Assembly: GCA_951406725.2 (NCBI GenBank)
Contig: OX597830.1
Location: 4,464,001-4,528,000, forward strand
Length of the DNA stretch: 64,000 nt
Direction: 5' to 3'
DNA from: Octopus vulgaris
Taxonomy: Eukaryota
Numbering within the stretch: the first letter of the stretch is position 1; the number at the start of each line of letters is the position of its first letter. Under the pieces are notes generated by a model that saw only the letters and a list, made by a program, of their open reading frames with translations, was not told where the DNA came from and ran no database searches. This document shows positions 1 through 14,168 of this stretch, one piece after another. Position numbers and translations under genes: made by a program.

Positions 1-750
1 ATGCATGTTGTATGCATATGTAAATATACATACATACATAGACACATACTTACATACATACATATATACATATATATATATGTGTACGTATATATATTTA
101 TACATGGGGGTGGGTATATATTTTGTAATATTTACAGAGCACAGAGCCAAGTCTATAACCTGTATTATGGGTTTATGCAACCCACTCTCAACCATAAATT
201 TTAATTTGCTGAGTTTTATATGGAAGAACCAGTTAAAGAGAGACTGTACTTCTTTCCATTGCTAGATATTTGTCCTTGCTCATATAGGTTTCCATTCTTG
301 TAGGGCATACAGTAGACTAGTTCTTTTCTTCTTTCCTATACTTATTTTCAGAAGTCAATACCAAACATTGGCGCCAACTGGTCTTCTGTGTGCTCCTTTA
401 ATGCAGCTTTCACCCTACATTCCCCAGAACACATACAAAACATTTCTTGTGTGTGAAAACGTCTTGTCTGTATATGTGTGTGGGTCTGTTTTTGGACGTT
501 TATGCATGCATAAATGTGTTTATATATACAAGACACAGGCTTTTTGTGAAATTTGTGATTGTACATATGGGCATGATGGAATTTCTTTCTATGCAACAAT
601 GTGTGTGCTTTTCAATATATATATATATGTGTGTGTGTTGTGTGTTTATGTATACATGTATATGTATATATATGTTTATATATATTTATGTATATATGAA
701 TAAATATATATATGTTCATATATATTTATGTATATATGAATATATATATG

Positions 751-791
<41 letters not shown>

Positions 792-1281
792 CATATGAAT
801 ATATACACACACAAATGATGATATTCTTTAGAAAAGGAAAATATATATAAATGTATCATTAATATATATATATATATATATATATGTGAGAGAGAGAAAG
901 ATACACATACTTATTCATTCATATGTTTATTTATATGTGTATATATTTATATATATATATGTGTGTGTGTGTTTGTGCATGTGTGTGTATTTGTAATTGT
1001 GTATGTGTGTGTGTGTATACACTGTAGCAAAAAATGCTTTCATAGACACTGATTATGTATAAGTCGAACATACATATGTAGGTCTCTTCTGTTAGTGTAA
1101 GCAGGCATGCGTGTGTCTAAATGTACATTGCATTAGTGTGTATTTGCCTACACATATATAGATGTGTATGTGCATATATCTACATACATCTATGTGCACA
1201 CACACATATATGCATATATATAAACGATGATGATTTCCATATACATATATACATAAATATGTGTTTATATATATATTAATA

Positions 1282-1331
<50 letters not shown>

Positions 1332-1864
1332 TATGTGTTGTGTGTATATATATATAATTTGTAGCAAAAATATTTACACACACTTGTGTATTTTACCATA
1401 TGTGTTTCTTTGTCTATCCATTTGTGTACATACATGTGTGTCTGTTTATGCATGCTGGCATGTGAGTGTGTGTGTGTGTGTGTGTGCATATGGATGGGAC
1501 ATAAACTTAAAATGCAAAAAAAATGGGTTTTCAGAGACAAAACAAAAATGGAAAAAGAAAGTCTGAAAAAGCATTAAATGTATAAATTAATATTTTCTGA
1601 TAGCTATCAGCTTCTCAGAGTAATATCTACGGTTACAGACTGTTATTGATTGAAATAGGAGCACTTTTAGTGGAACTGTGCAACTCTAGCAAAGAATATT
1701 TTCTGTAGTCTTTCATTTTCCGTTTGCGAAGTGAAGCACCTCTGCGGGTTTGTATATAGTTAGATATATAGATATGTGTGTGTGTGTATACATATATATG
1801 TAATTGTATGCATGTACATATATTTAGATATATACATATGTATATATAAATGTGTGTGTGAGTG

Positions 1865-1895
<31 letters not shown>

Positions 1896-2047
1896 GTGTG
1901 TGTGTGTGTGTATGTATATATATATATATATATATAAATATGTGTGTACGTTTATATATATATATAAACAAATATGTGTGTATATATATATATATATATA
2001 CATACACACACATATATATATATGTATGTATGTATGTTTCTATGTGA

Positions 2048-2078
<31 letters not shown>

Positions 2079-2333
2079 CATACATATATCTTTGGTTATG
2101 ATTACCTGTGTTTGAATGTCACTTTTTACGTGACTGCATGGGTCAGATGAGAACTGCTTGTAGCAGGCTTTTTTTTTTTTTTTTGACGCTTGATACTCTT
2201 CTTGAGTGAACTTCAACCGTTTCCTGAACAAGGTAATATTTCTACCTGTGCATTGAACATCAAACAACCTCGACCTGCTTTTGCAGAGGATGGCAAACAA
2301 ATGACACCATTTTTGTGAATATTGACACATTGC

Positions 2334-2400
2334 TTGTAATTAGCATGCAAATTAATTTGTAATTAGCATGCAAATTAGTTTGTAATTAGCATGCAAATAT
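2334..2400. repeat. 23-bp tandem repeat x~3 containing octamer ATGCAAAT and TAATTA
   Basis: Unit TTGTAATTAGCATGCAAATTA(A/G)T at 2334, 2357 and 2380 (partial). Confidence 0.9.
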
Positions 2401-2763
2401 CAAGAGAAGGGGGTGGGATGGACCGACATGCACACACACACTCACACACATGCATACACTTGTACAATAGATACTTTCTCTCACAGGGTGTTGGGTTTTT
2501 TTAGACAGCATCAGGGAATTTGGAAGTAAATTTCATAACCACACACCAATGCCAACCGCTATATGGGAACCTATGTATGTCTGCATGTATACTTTCATAC
2601 ACAAATGCATGGATGTAAGTTGTATAAATCTATATATGTGTTAATGGATATATCTATTGGAACTTCTCATTTATATATATATATATATATTCACACACAC
2701 ACAAATATATATACACATATATATACATGCACATGTATATATATATATACATATATATATACC

Positions 2764-2805
<42 letters not shown>

Positions 2806-2880
2806 TATTTACACATATAAATATACATATATATATATACACACACACACATATATATATACATATAAATATACATATAT

Positions 2881-2922
<42 letters not shown>

Positions 2923-3070
2923 AGCAAATAATTCAAGAGAAAAATATTTCAACAAAAAAAATAATCTACAAAGATATCATTGACTCTTTTATTATCTAGA
3001 GTAACAATTTAAAAATGATAATAACAGAACCAATAATATATGTGATTGCAGGCCCTAAAAGTGCATTAAA

Positions 3071-3242
3071 TAGCTGAAATATTAAAATTAATCAAAGTAC
3101 ATACTAAGTGTGTCTACCTGCTGGAAATAACAGTCAAAACCTCTGTTACTGAGAGTTTTGGCGATTTAAATAGTTTTGACTGTTATTTCCAGCAGGTAGA
3201 CATGCTTAGTATGTACTTTGATTAATTTTAATGCTTCAGTTA
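3071..3242. mobile_element. Fold-back element with ~70-bp inverted arms, probably two head-to-head 3' ends of a Penelope-like element
   Basis: 3071-3140 TAGCTGAAATATTAAAATTAATCAAAGTACATACTAAGTGTGTCTACCTGCTGGAAATAACAGTCAAAAC is the near reverse complement of 3173-3242; the same arm recurs alone at 36523-36615 beside (TA)n. Confidence 0.65.
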
Positions 3243-3292
3243 TACACACACGCACACACACACACACACACATACACATATATATCTTTTAA

Positions 3293-3658
3293 TGTTTGCT
3301 TCTTTCAGTCATTAGACTATGGCCATGCTGGGGCACCAACTTGAAGAATTTTTAGTTGACTGGATTGACCCCAGAATTTAATTCGTTGTTAAACCTGGTA
3401 TTTACTCTGTTGGGCTCTTTTGCCAAACTACTGAGTTAGAGGAATGTAAGCAGACCAACACTGGCTGGTAAGTGGGGGTGGGGGACAAACAGACAAAAAG
3501 AGACCCACCACCACATATATATATATAATATAGGCTTCTTCCAGTTTTTGCTTACTCACAAGGCTTTTGTAGGCCCAAGACTATAGTCGAAGGGTCAATG
3601 CGTCACATTGTGGAGCACAACTAGTAATCATGTGGTTGGGAATCAAGGTTCTTACCAT
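3293..3658 (-). mobile_element. SINE family A (tRNA-derived head, internal microsatellite), diverged copy
   Basis: Matches the 16865-17255 copy along its length (tail CAGTCATTAGACTATGGCCATGCTGG; head ATGTGGTTGGG...CTTACCA). Confidence 0.8.
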
Positions 3659-3803
3659 TTTGTTTTTGGGTTCAGTTACAATAGAAAGAATATTGACATT
3701 AACCAATCGGTTACTCTATACTTTTGTAGAGCACAAATTATTGTTAAACAAGAATATTGACAGTGACTTTGATGTTTCAGCCAGTGAAGCTATCGTCATA
3801 CTG

Positions 3804-3838
<35 letters not shown>

Positions 3839-5439
3839 AAGAGAGACTGACAGCCAGAGAGATTGATTTCAGCTTAATATATTTCTTAGTTTTAGCTTTG
3901 TTTATATGAAATATTATATTATAACATTAAACATGTTTCTTTCCCCCCCACTTTTATTGAGCACACTGCTAACCACTTTGCACATAAGAAATATTTTAAT
4001 TAAAATTGTGAGATGCTTATTTCTACAATGACCATATTTGCTCTTTGCTGAAAATGAATAAATTCCATTTTTTTTTTTACTTTAAAGTGAGTGATTTGCA
4101 ACCCAAATATTATAATCCTTTTTATCCAACCACACAGAGCACAAGTCAGGCAAACAGCAGTACAGCACTGGCTTCTATTCCACTGTGAAATTCGCAAACA
4201 ATTTTACTGATGAGGCACTGGAAGACCCTTTAGTTTTGTCAACATCTAAAGCTATTTGTGTGTCTGTACTTATATATACAGCACATATATACATACACTC
4301 ACACATACTTACATCAGCCCATATGCAAGCAACTTTCATCTTTGCATACATTTATTTCTAAATAGCAATACTACATATCTCCATATATAATTGTGTGTTT
4401 GGGTGTGCACGTACACATACGCACACACACACACATGCGCATGCACATGTTCATGGCACATGCAAACAGATGTGCACATGCAAATGCATAACCACACCTA
4501 TATACACATCTTACATGTGCACACATCTTACAACACGTAGATTGTAGAAGAGAGCCAAACCGTCTGTGTGGTTCATTTCTATTGGAGATCCTCATATCAC
4601 TTATGATTCCAGTGTGTATTCTTTGACTGAATATTGATGTCATGTTCTTTGAATACTCAAGTAGTCTTTCTAGAGTAGATCTGTAAAAGTAATTCTAAAA
4701 GGACGTCCTATCCATTCCCGTGCAATTTGATTGATTTCCACTGTTTGGTGAAGGAATCTTTGCTTCCTTTTGTCTTCTCATCTTGATTCTTTTGTCATTC
4801 CAGTTTTCTCTATTTATTTATTTATTCATTTGCTATTATTATTATTATTATTTGGTATTTATTTGTTTATTGCATGTAAACATGAAAGCAGAGTAGCTAA
4901 AGATGTGTATTTAGAGAAATAAAGGAGAGAGAAAAGAAAAAAAAGGAAAACTCATGTAAATTGAAGGACATAAGTGAGTTGAAGAATGAAAGAGAGGAAA
5001 CATGCCAGAAGGAATGAGGAGGAGAGTGAAGAACATTGATAGATGAGGAGGAGGAGGAGTGGGAAAAGAAAAAAAGGAAGAAGGATGACAACCATAACCA
5101 TGAATGGTTTTTCTTTTTCCCCTTTCCCTTATAGTAGAAATGTATAAACCACAGCATGAAGATTATCCATTAACACCAAGATGCCACTAGACAGTCGCAG
5201 AATCTGACCTGGAAGAAAATAAAACAAACATAAACCAAAGATCCTCCAAAAATATCGATAAAAATTTCAGATGAAAAATATGGAACAAAAATGCCCTTGA
5301 AATGGAGGAGAATTGATGGTGTCGAGCCATAGATTTTAGCGTTAAGCCTCTGGATTTCTGATTGGTTAAATGGATGAGTTTGTATACATTTAAGCTTACT
5401 TGAACATGTGTCTGTGTGTATGTATCCATCTATATATGT

Positions 5440-5492
<53 letters not shown>

Positions 5493-5712
5493 ACTATGTG
5501 GATATGTACATGCTGTGTATATATATATATTTCAGCTTATAAGAAATCTATGTGTATGTATATATATATAATAAGGGCAGGAGAAAAAATGTTTTTCTTT
5601 TGCCTTTATTTATAATTGTTTATAATTTTCACCTTTAAAGGTACTTTAACATGCTGGCTACTTAATGAAATTTATTGAAAAAAATTTTATCCTATATTAG
5701 AAGTGTACATAC

Positions 5713-5785
<73 letters not shown>

Positions 5786-6519
5786 TGTATATAAATATAC
5801 ACACACATGCAGAGATATGTAAATAAATGTAGAAAAATCGAGAGGGACTTGTAACATGGAAAGGACCCCTCCCCTCTAATTGTAACCTGGTTTGATGTTG
5901 AGTCCTATACACATTATAAAGGCACAGTAAATGAGTTGGGTTAGGGTGTATACTAGAACTGGTCCCTAGGTTTTTATTGTGGAACTGTAGAATCAATAAT
6001 TAGTGTTTCGCCGTGCGATGAACTGTAATTAGGCTAACTTTCATTATGTGTAATAGATCAATGACTTTCGGTGGAATATTTATGTGTGGAGTGGGGTATG
6101 TTGTGTACAGAGGGTGGGGGATGTCTGTAAAGCTGGTTGGGTGTATTGCGTCAGTAATTATGTACACAACATAATGAATTATCCATTCATGGAAATATGC
6201 ATATTTTAATAATTTTGTGTGTAACCATGCGTGTGTGTGTATATATATATATCAGCATACATATGTTTATGTATATATCTGTGCATATATGTATGTGTCT
6301 ATATATACACACACAGTTATGAATATATGCATACAATACATAATTGTTTCAAAATAATAGGGTAATATTTCCCCATGGTCAGACATATGCATATGGAAGA
6401 TTGTAAATGAAGGCCACCACTTGAAAGATTGTAACAGAAATGTCATGTGATATCAAGGCAAGGAGACAGTACCACACACACTCACACACACAAACACACA
6501 CACACACACACACACATAT

Positions 6520-6680
6520 GCCATGGGATTGTCTTACATTATCCATCTACTGACAACACATGCAAAGCAATGATCAACCTAGGATTGTTGTAGAAAACGC
6601 TTGTGTAAAGCACCACAGAGTGGGACTGAACTTGGAACCATGTGATTGAGAAGCAGCCTTCTTACCACACAGCCATGCCT
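6520..6680 (-). mobile_element. SINE family A, head fragment
   Basis: GTGGGACTGAACTTGGAACCATGTGATTG...CTTACCACACAGCCATGCCT. Confidence 0.75.
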
Positions 6681-7104
6681 CTATATATTAATATCTATCT
6701 ATCTATCTAGCACTGTGTGTGTATGTATGTATATATGTGTGTGTGTATGTGTGTGCATGCGTGTGTGTGTGTGTGTATGTATACATGTTTATGCATGTAC
6801 ATATATGTATACATGTTTATGTATATAAATATATGTATGTGCAGGTATACATGTTTATACATATATATATATGTATATTCATATATGTATGTTTATTATA
6901 TGTATAATTATATATCTTTGTGTATATGTATATTTATGTGTATATATTTTTAAAAATGTAATTATATTTATTTATATATATGTATGTGTATAGGTACACA
7001 TCTCTATATAGTATATATGAAAATATGCTGATGTATATACATTTATTTATATATATATATATATGTGTGTGTGTGTTTGTATATATAAATACATCTATGA
7101 ATGA

Positions 7105-7148
<44 letters not shown>

Positions 7149-7197
7149 GCATTCATAGATATATTTATATATAACTGAATTCTCTCTCTCTCTCTCT

Positions 7198-7244
<47 letters not shown>

Positions 7245-7352
7245 ATGTATATATATACACACACACACAAATGTTCTTTATGTATTTAGGTGTGTAAATA
7301 TATTTCTGTATGTTTACATTATAAATGAGCATATTCTATATACATTTATGTA

Positions 7353-7408
<56 letters not shown>

Positions 7409-9699
7409 CATTCTACAAACTATAAATGTGCATGACAATACACACACACACACACACTCACGTATATAGTGGGACTTTCAAATATACCATTAAAAATAAA
7501 ATCTACTATTCTTTATATCCCACTAGGTGGTTTTGTTTACAAAAACTCATGCGTACATATCAAAGCAATGAGATTTTTCTATTTACATGGTACAGTTTTT
7601 TTGGGTTTTTTTCAAGTATGCTTATTTATTCGTTCGTGTTATGATTTCTGTTTGCTTTTTTCTTCTCTATTTTTCCTTTTTTTTTTTATCTCTCTCATAC
7701 ATAGATATCTTTTCAAGAGTCATGAAAGATTTTTGAAAACCATATTCCATTTCATGATGCTTGCTGGCAAAGAATACTTGTGTGGAAAAATATAACAATA
7801 GGACGCTTTTATATGGAGAGGATATGTTGGTGTTACAAGACTAAAGTACTTTCAGAGAATATTTGAATTATTTTTATATTAGTGGAGGGGGAAAAATATA
7901 TCTGTTACAATGCATTCATATATGTACGTATATGTGTATTTCTTTATGAATATATTATATACAAGATATGGAGATATATATATATATATATAATATAGAT
8001 AGATAGACAGATATATGCATATACACACACACATATATATATATGAATACATAGATTAATATATACATATATATATATACATATATATATATTTATATAT
8101 AGTCATCTGCACCCACTGCGTGTAAGTACTTATTTATGAATATATTGCATATAATATGTATATGTGTGTGTATAAATGTCTGTATATATTACATGTGTAT
8201 ATTCATGCATATTTATGACTGTATTTTGTATATATTAGGCTCCTTCACTCTCTTTTTCTGCAATATTTTCCATATTTTCTATTATGTACATTATATACAT
8301 ATACACTCACATACACACACACATCTATAATACATACGCGCGCACACATACACATGTACCTTTGTTCCTTTTACATTTATTTTTCTTTTCTGGCATGGGT
8401 TTGATAGGTACTTATTAAAAAGAGTATCTTTTCCAGCTGGATGCTCTTTTTGTCACCAACTCTTACCCATGAAGCAATTTTTGTTATAGTGTTTCTAGAG
8501 CAAAGATCTTTAGGACATAATGAATATCCGGACCGGAAATACGAGGTGACCGTTCTGCCACACAGCATCACCATTTCATGCACACATACATACTTCTGCA
8601 TGTGTGTGTGAGTGGAGAGAGAGAGAGAGAGTGTGTGTGTGTATAGAGGGTAGTGATAAACAATGATGTCATATCATGACATGATGGAAAAGTCACATTA
8701 AGATGTTTAAAATACATAGAAACTGTTACATTTGTTTTGTTTCCTGATAGTGCTGTGTACTATGAAGTGTCAGAAAGTTTCATCATACGTACAAGACATA
8801 GCTGCTGTTTCCAATGAAATATCTTGAATCCTGACAAACAAGCCAACAGAGTTAGATATATGATGATAACGATGAGGATAAGGTCATTGCTGGTGATGGT
8901 AATAGTGCCTAGACTAGAGGAATGGTTGTCAAATGTAATAAAACAAAGCCTATTCCAATGTTTATGGAATCAATCTCTGTCAGTGATGACATACATGAAA
9001 CTGTCTCTTCCTTTATATTTACAGACTTAGATCTGCAAATATTGTTGGAATAATTAATTTACCTAACAGCAGCAGAGTAAAAAGTACCTGGATCTAAATA
9101 GTTTATCTTCATTTACACTGGAAGAAACTGAATTAAACCAAGTTTGTTTTGCATTATATAACCATTCGGTCTTTCAGCAGAACTGCGACAAACCAATTTC
9201 ACCCTGACTACATCTCACTTCTAACCAAAACTATAACAAATGTAGTTTTAACGATTTGTTTAGAACGGAATCTCAAGGAAAATTTGAAGAATTCATGAGA
9301 AGATCTTTATAAACTTTGTGGATTTTGAAAGCCAGAAAACATGCTTCTTTAAAACCCTCACCAAACCATTCAGCTGTGAGGAATTTCTCAGACAGCACAA
9401 ATCTATTAGAGACTTCAAATTCTGCATTCAGTCCCCATTTTGGTTATAATGGGTGTATATAGCTTAATCAGGGGTCAATGGCCAACTTGTCTGGGTATTT
9501 GACTTAACATCACCACCTGGTCCTAGGTTGGTTTCACCATGGTTCCCTTTGCTGAAAGCATTTTGACCACACCCCATTGCATCTGTACCTAGGTTTTACA
9601 TCCTGGGTATTATAATGGCCACAACTGTCTAAGATGACCTGCAGAGGTCAAACACACTGACCTTTGACCCCTGACCAACTTATTTTTGATCTTTACCTT

Positions 9700-9950
9700 T
9701 TATCGTTTACTTGTTTCAGCCATTAGACTGTGGCCATGCTGGGGCAGCACTGTCTTGAAGAATTTTTAGTTGAATAAATTGAGTACATGACTTAGTTTTC
9801 GGTTTTTTTTTTTTACTTTTTTGTAAGCTTGGTACTTATTCTATTGGTCTCTCTTGCCAAACTGCTAAGCTATGAGGATGTAAATACACCAACACTGGTT
9901 GTCAATCAGTGGTGGGGGGCAAACACAGACAAAAAGACACACACATATAC
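9700..9950 (-). mobile_element. SINE family A, 3' half
   Basis: TTACTTGTTTCAGCCATTAGACTGTGGCCATGCTGGGGCA...GGTACTTATTCTATTGGTCTC. Confidence 0.75.
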
Positions 9951-10882
9951 AGTTTTGGCTAGATGTGAGATATGGTGGTGGTGTATAGTAATAGTAATTT
10001 TCTAATTTATGAATCAGTGACTGGTTGTCACTTTGAAAACTATATATTTCGAATGGGAATTTGGCAGCGACACCTGTAGCCAAACAGTTATTCTGTGCTG
10101 GTGAAGGGAAATAACCCAGAAATCGCAATACACAGATATTGTTTTGAGCTGAGTGGGGGGTGCTAGATTCCCTTGTTCGAAAATATAAGGACACGGATCG
10201 TGTTGTATAGCCGGCTGGAAAGGATGTCTCCTGGGGCTAAATTACAGTAACATTCATCTTAAACCAGGACTGCCATGTTATGTTGGCAAACAGTCTTTAC
10301 TCCAAAGTACTGTTGCTGAATATCTCTGTTTGTGAGATTTAAAAATAGTCATTTTCTAATATATTGATGTTATTGGCTGAGACAACATGAAAGTGTGGAT
10401 ATAGTGAAAGTAATGGTGATGAGCAATTCCTAGCATCTTAGCTGCAGCTGACTGAGGAAGGTAAATGGTAAAAATATGAGTTTTATTTCCCATTGGAAAA
10501 CAAGAGAGAAAACCTTTTTTGTAGTTCTGTTTCCAGAATTACGATCTGATAGTAGCAACAATTTCTACTCACATCGACAGTCGCACAACTGTGCTGCCAT
10601 CTGCTTTGACTATTTTCTCTCACATCTGACTTGGTTCTCACTCTTTGCTAGTTTACTAAGATAACAGATGATTGACAAGACCAGTTGCTGTCTGTGGTCT
10701 GTCTTAGATGTGAATTTTCTATCTTTCAACTGAACTCTCTCATCTGATTTTCTCGAGATAAAAATCTTTCTGCTCAAGGAGAATCTGTTGTATACCACAA
10801 CATAACAACAGCTCACCTTTCCACCAATAAAAACAAAACTATTTTCTAGTTTCATTTCTTCTTTGTTTTATCCTATTTTATC

Positions 10883-10886
<4 letters not shown>

Positions 10887-10935
<49 letters not shown>

Positions 10936-11004
10936 GTATGTATATGTATGTATATGTATGTATGTATGTATATATGTATGTGTATATATGTATATATATG
11001 TATG

Positions 11005-11053
<49 letters not shown>

Positions 11054-11070
11054 ATATATATGTATGTATG

Positions 11071-11109
<39 letters not shown>

Positions 11110-11356
11110 GTATGTATATATATGTATGTATGTATATATATGTATGTGTGTATATATATGTATGTATGTATATATATGTATATGTATATATGTGTATATA
11201 TGTATGTATGTATATATATGTATATGTATATATGTGTATATATGTATATGTATATATATATATGTATATATATGTATGTATGTATGTATGTATGCATATA
11301 TATATATGTATGTATGTATGTATATATATGTATGTATGTATAAATATATATGTATG

Positions 11357-11410
<54 letters not shown>

Positions 11411-11430
11411 CACACACACACACACATATA
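10887..11430. repeat. (TA)n/(TATG)n compound microsatellite
   Basis: Direct reading; source of the long Y/I/M/V/C pseudo-ORFs. Confidence 0.95.
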
Positions 11431-12870
11431 TGGATACATATTTACAGTTTTATATATTTGTGTGTGTGTGTCTCTATATTCTTACTAATGTACATGCATA
11501 TTGCAATACACACACATTTCTATCACTTTATATGGTTTGCGCACACGTGTGGGTACACATATGCAGACACACACACGCACACACAAAATCTGTATGTGAA
11601 CTAAAATCTTGAGGATTAGAATCTAAAGATTTTGAATTATTTCTTTCTGAGACATAGATGTACATCTCTCTCTCTCTCTCTCTCGCTGCCCACTGTGTCT
11701 CTCCATCTTTCCCTCAACCCATCTTTTCTCCCTTCTATTTTTTTTACATTTATAGTGGATTTAGTTGTGTATTTTTGAATAATTAAGTTATCATCAACAT
11801 TGGTTTCTAACATCTGGCATGGGTTTGATATGTCTGCAATATATACTCTCTCTCTCTCTCTTGATCCTTCATACTCAACTTCATACGTTTTTCATTGTGC
11901 TTTAGCTTTGGAACAACTTTTTCTATTTTGAAAACGTCTGTGCATACATGACAGACAGACAGACAGACAGACACACACAGTGGAGTTGTGAAATTTCTCT
12001 AGTTGGATACTTTCTGTTTGGGAGTCTTCTTCATGCTATTGTTTACCAAATTTTCTGCTCCAAGGTTTTATCTATCTATTTAGTTGAAAGACTTCGTGAG
12101 GTTAATCATACTCAAACTTGAAGTCCCTCATTCAGTATTTAATCCAATTAGCGGCAGAATATAATAATTTGCATAATGTGTTCATTATGTGAGTTCATTC
12201 TTATCTTGTTCATTAAAATGCATTTAGCTGTGCAGCTCATCACATGTGAATACTTGCACAAAACAAAAGCTCTTTATCCCTGAACCTTCAAACAAGGTAC
12301 ACACTATGGATCTGCATGAAATGCAGGTAATCACCTTCCAGTGACACTGCACATTCACTAATATGTTCCAAGGTATATATAGCCTAATGAAAGAGGCATT
12401 GTACAAAGATACATTTGCATATATACACGTGTGTATGTTCATTTGTTTATGTAAAATTTGTTTTTCCGTGTTAGCCTGGTTTCAGTTGGAATTGATTTTG
12501 AGGCAGAATTTTATAGCTGGATGCTGCTCTTCCTGTCACTAACCCTCACCTGTTTATCAGTTAAGGGATTTTTTTTTATATTCTTCACATCTTTGAAAGC
12601 AAACGCACTGTCATAATGCCAACAAGAAATGTCCACATCAGCATGGTTTCACTCAAATGCTGATGGACAACATTCACAGACATTTAAGCATGTGCATACA
12701 CACATATACACATGCATCTCTCTAATTAGATCACATAACTCTAGCCATATCTATCTACTCCCATTCTACCTGTTTGTCTTCTCTCAAACCAATCCATGGT
12801 GTTTAGACATTAGTTATTAAAGCTGCTAGAATTGGGACCTACATACACACATGTTTATATATATATATAC

Positions 12871-13250
12871 GTTAGTTAGTTAGTTAGTTAATTTTTGGCT
12901 CAAAAAGTAAAAAGCAAGGCCATGTAGGGGGACATGGAGTTGTGTACAGGGTGGTGCTCATGTAAAGAGTTCAGGCCATTTCTGGTCAAGGTAGACTTTG
13001 AACCGAGCAGTCGTCGACATCTTCACCATTTCGTCCGGCAGCTTATTCCATGGATCTGCAACTCGGACGGAGAAAGCCCCTCTCCTTTGATTGAGATGAA
13101 ATCGTTGCAAGTAGAGCTTTTTGGAATGACCCCGCAGCCGACGCTCTGGAGCAGGAGTGAAGAACAGCTCTTTCGAGAGGTTAGACTTTCCGCTTATGAT
13201 GTTGTGAGCGAGAATGAGATCACCACGGCGTCATCGTTTTTCTAGAGAAT
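12871..13250 (-). mobile_element. CR1-clade LINE 3' end (5'-truncated): ORF2 C-terminus, 3' UTR and (TAAC)n tail
   Basis: Minus strand translates SLEKR*RRGDLILAHNIISGKSNLSKELFFTPAPERRLRGHSKKLYLQRFHLNQRRGAFSVRVADPWNKLPDEMVKMSTTARFKVYLDQKWPELFT* (stop 12958-12960), with the CR1 motifs RRxRGDLI, RGHxxKL, FSxRVxxxWNxLP and FKxxLD; UTR hairpin CCATGT-CCCCCT-ACATGG; tail (TAAC)5. Confidence 0.92.
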
Positions 13251-13944
13251 GTGTGTGTATGTGTACACACACAAACAAACATGCATACTACACATATATA
13301 CAAAGGAATTTGGTCGACTTAGGTGGCAACAAATATACCTTCCACCTGATACCCACCTCTACACACACACACACACACTGAATCTACCCACATACCGACA
13401 ACACAGTTGACATAACACTAAAGTGTTCCTGTAAATGAGATCTGCTTGAAATTTCCAAGTGAACATTTAATGCATTTTTAATAGTTTCTGCTCTAAATCC
13501 TGTGACTGTCATTTAATAAACTTTGTATGCAGATTCACCAAATCAGTCTGCGAAATGGTGAAACATTTGAAATACGTTACTAAGTTGGGAAGTTCTCTGG
13601 GAATTAACGAGTTATTGGTATGCAGAGCAGTTTTACTTAGACTACAACAAAAATAGTAAATATACTTACTGACAAGGCTGTGTGATTAAGAGGTTTCTAT
13701 TGTAATCTCATTGATCTGGGTTCAGTTCTGCCGCATGGTGCTTGGACAAGTCTCTTCTACCATAACTTTGGTTTGACCAATCATTAGTGGATGGAAATTG
13801 AATTGAAGACCATCAAATATGTGTGTGTGTGTCAAAGTGAGGTTATTATTTTAAAGCTATTTTAAGAATAACAACAGTCTCAATCAACACATAAGTTACT
13901 ACACACACATGCACACACACACACATATATATATGTATATATAT

Positions 13945-14137
13945 ATGTGTTTAGAGGGAATGGAGATGGTAGATACTGCATGTTTCCAAGAGAAATTGAA
14001 TGGAAGTTATATACCATCAGGGTAATTACATACATAATCAGTGTCTCTTTTTCATATATTATATATATATATATACTGTGAAATTTGATTTAATACTAAA
14101 TTGAATTTTTCCCTGTAAGTTTGGAGTTAAACTCCCT

Positions 14138-14168
<31 letters not shown>

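Noticed and set aside
4185-4230. GAAA...CTGATGA possible hammerhead
   Set aside because: No stem I or stem II can be formed
10863-11612. Long ORFs (up to 249 aa) rich in Y/I/M/V/C/H/T, and similar ORFs throughout
   Set aside because: Stop-free frames of (TA)n/(TATG)n/(CA)n microsatellites, open on both strands
12934-13245. 103-aa + strand ORF
   Set aside because: Antisense shadow of the CR1 ORF2 on the minus strand
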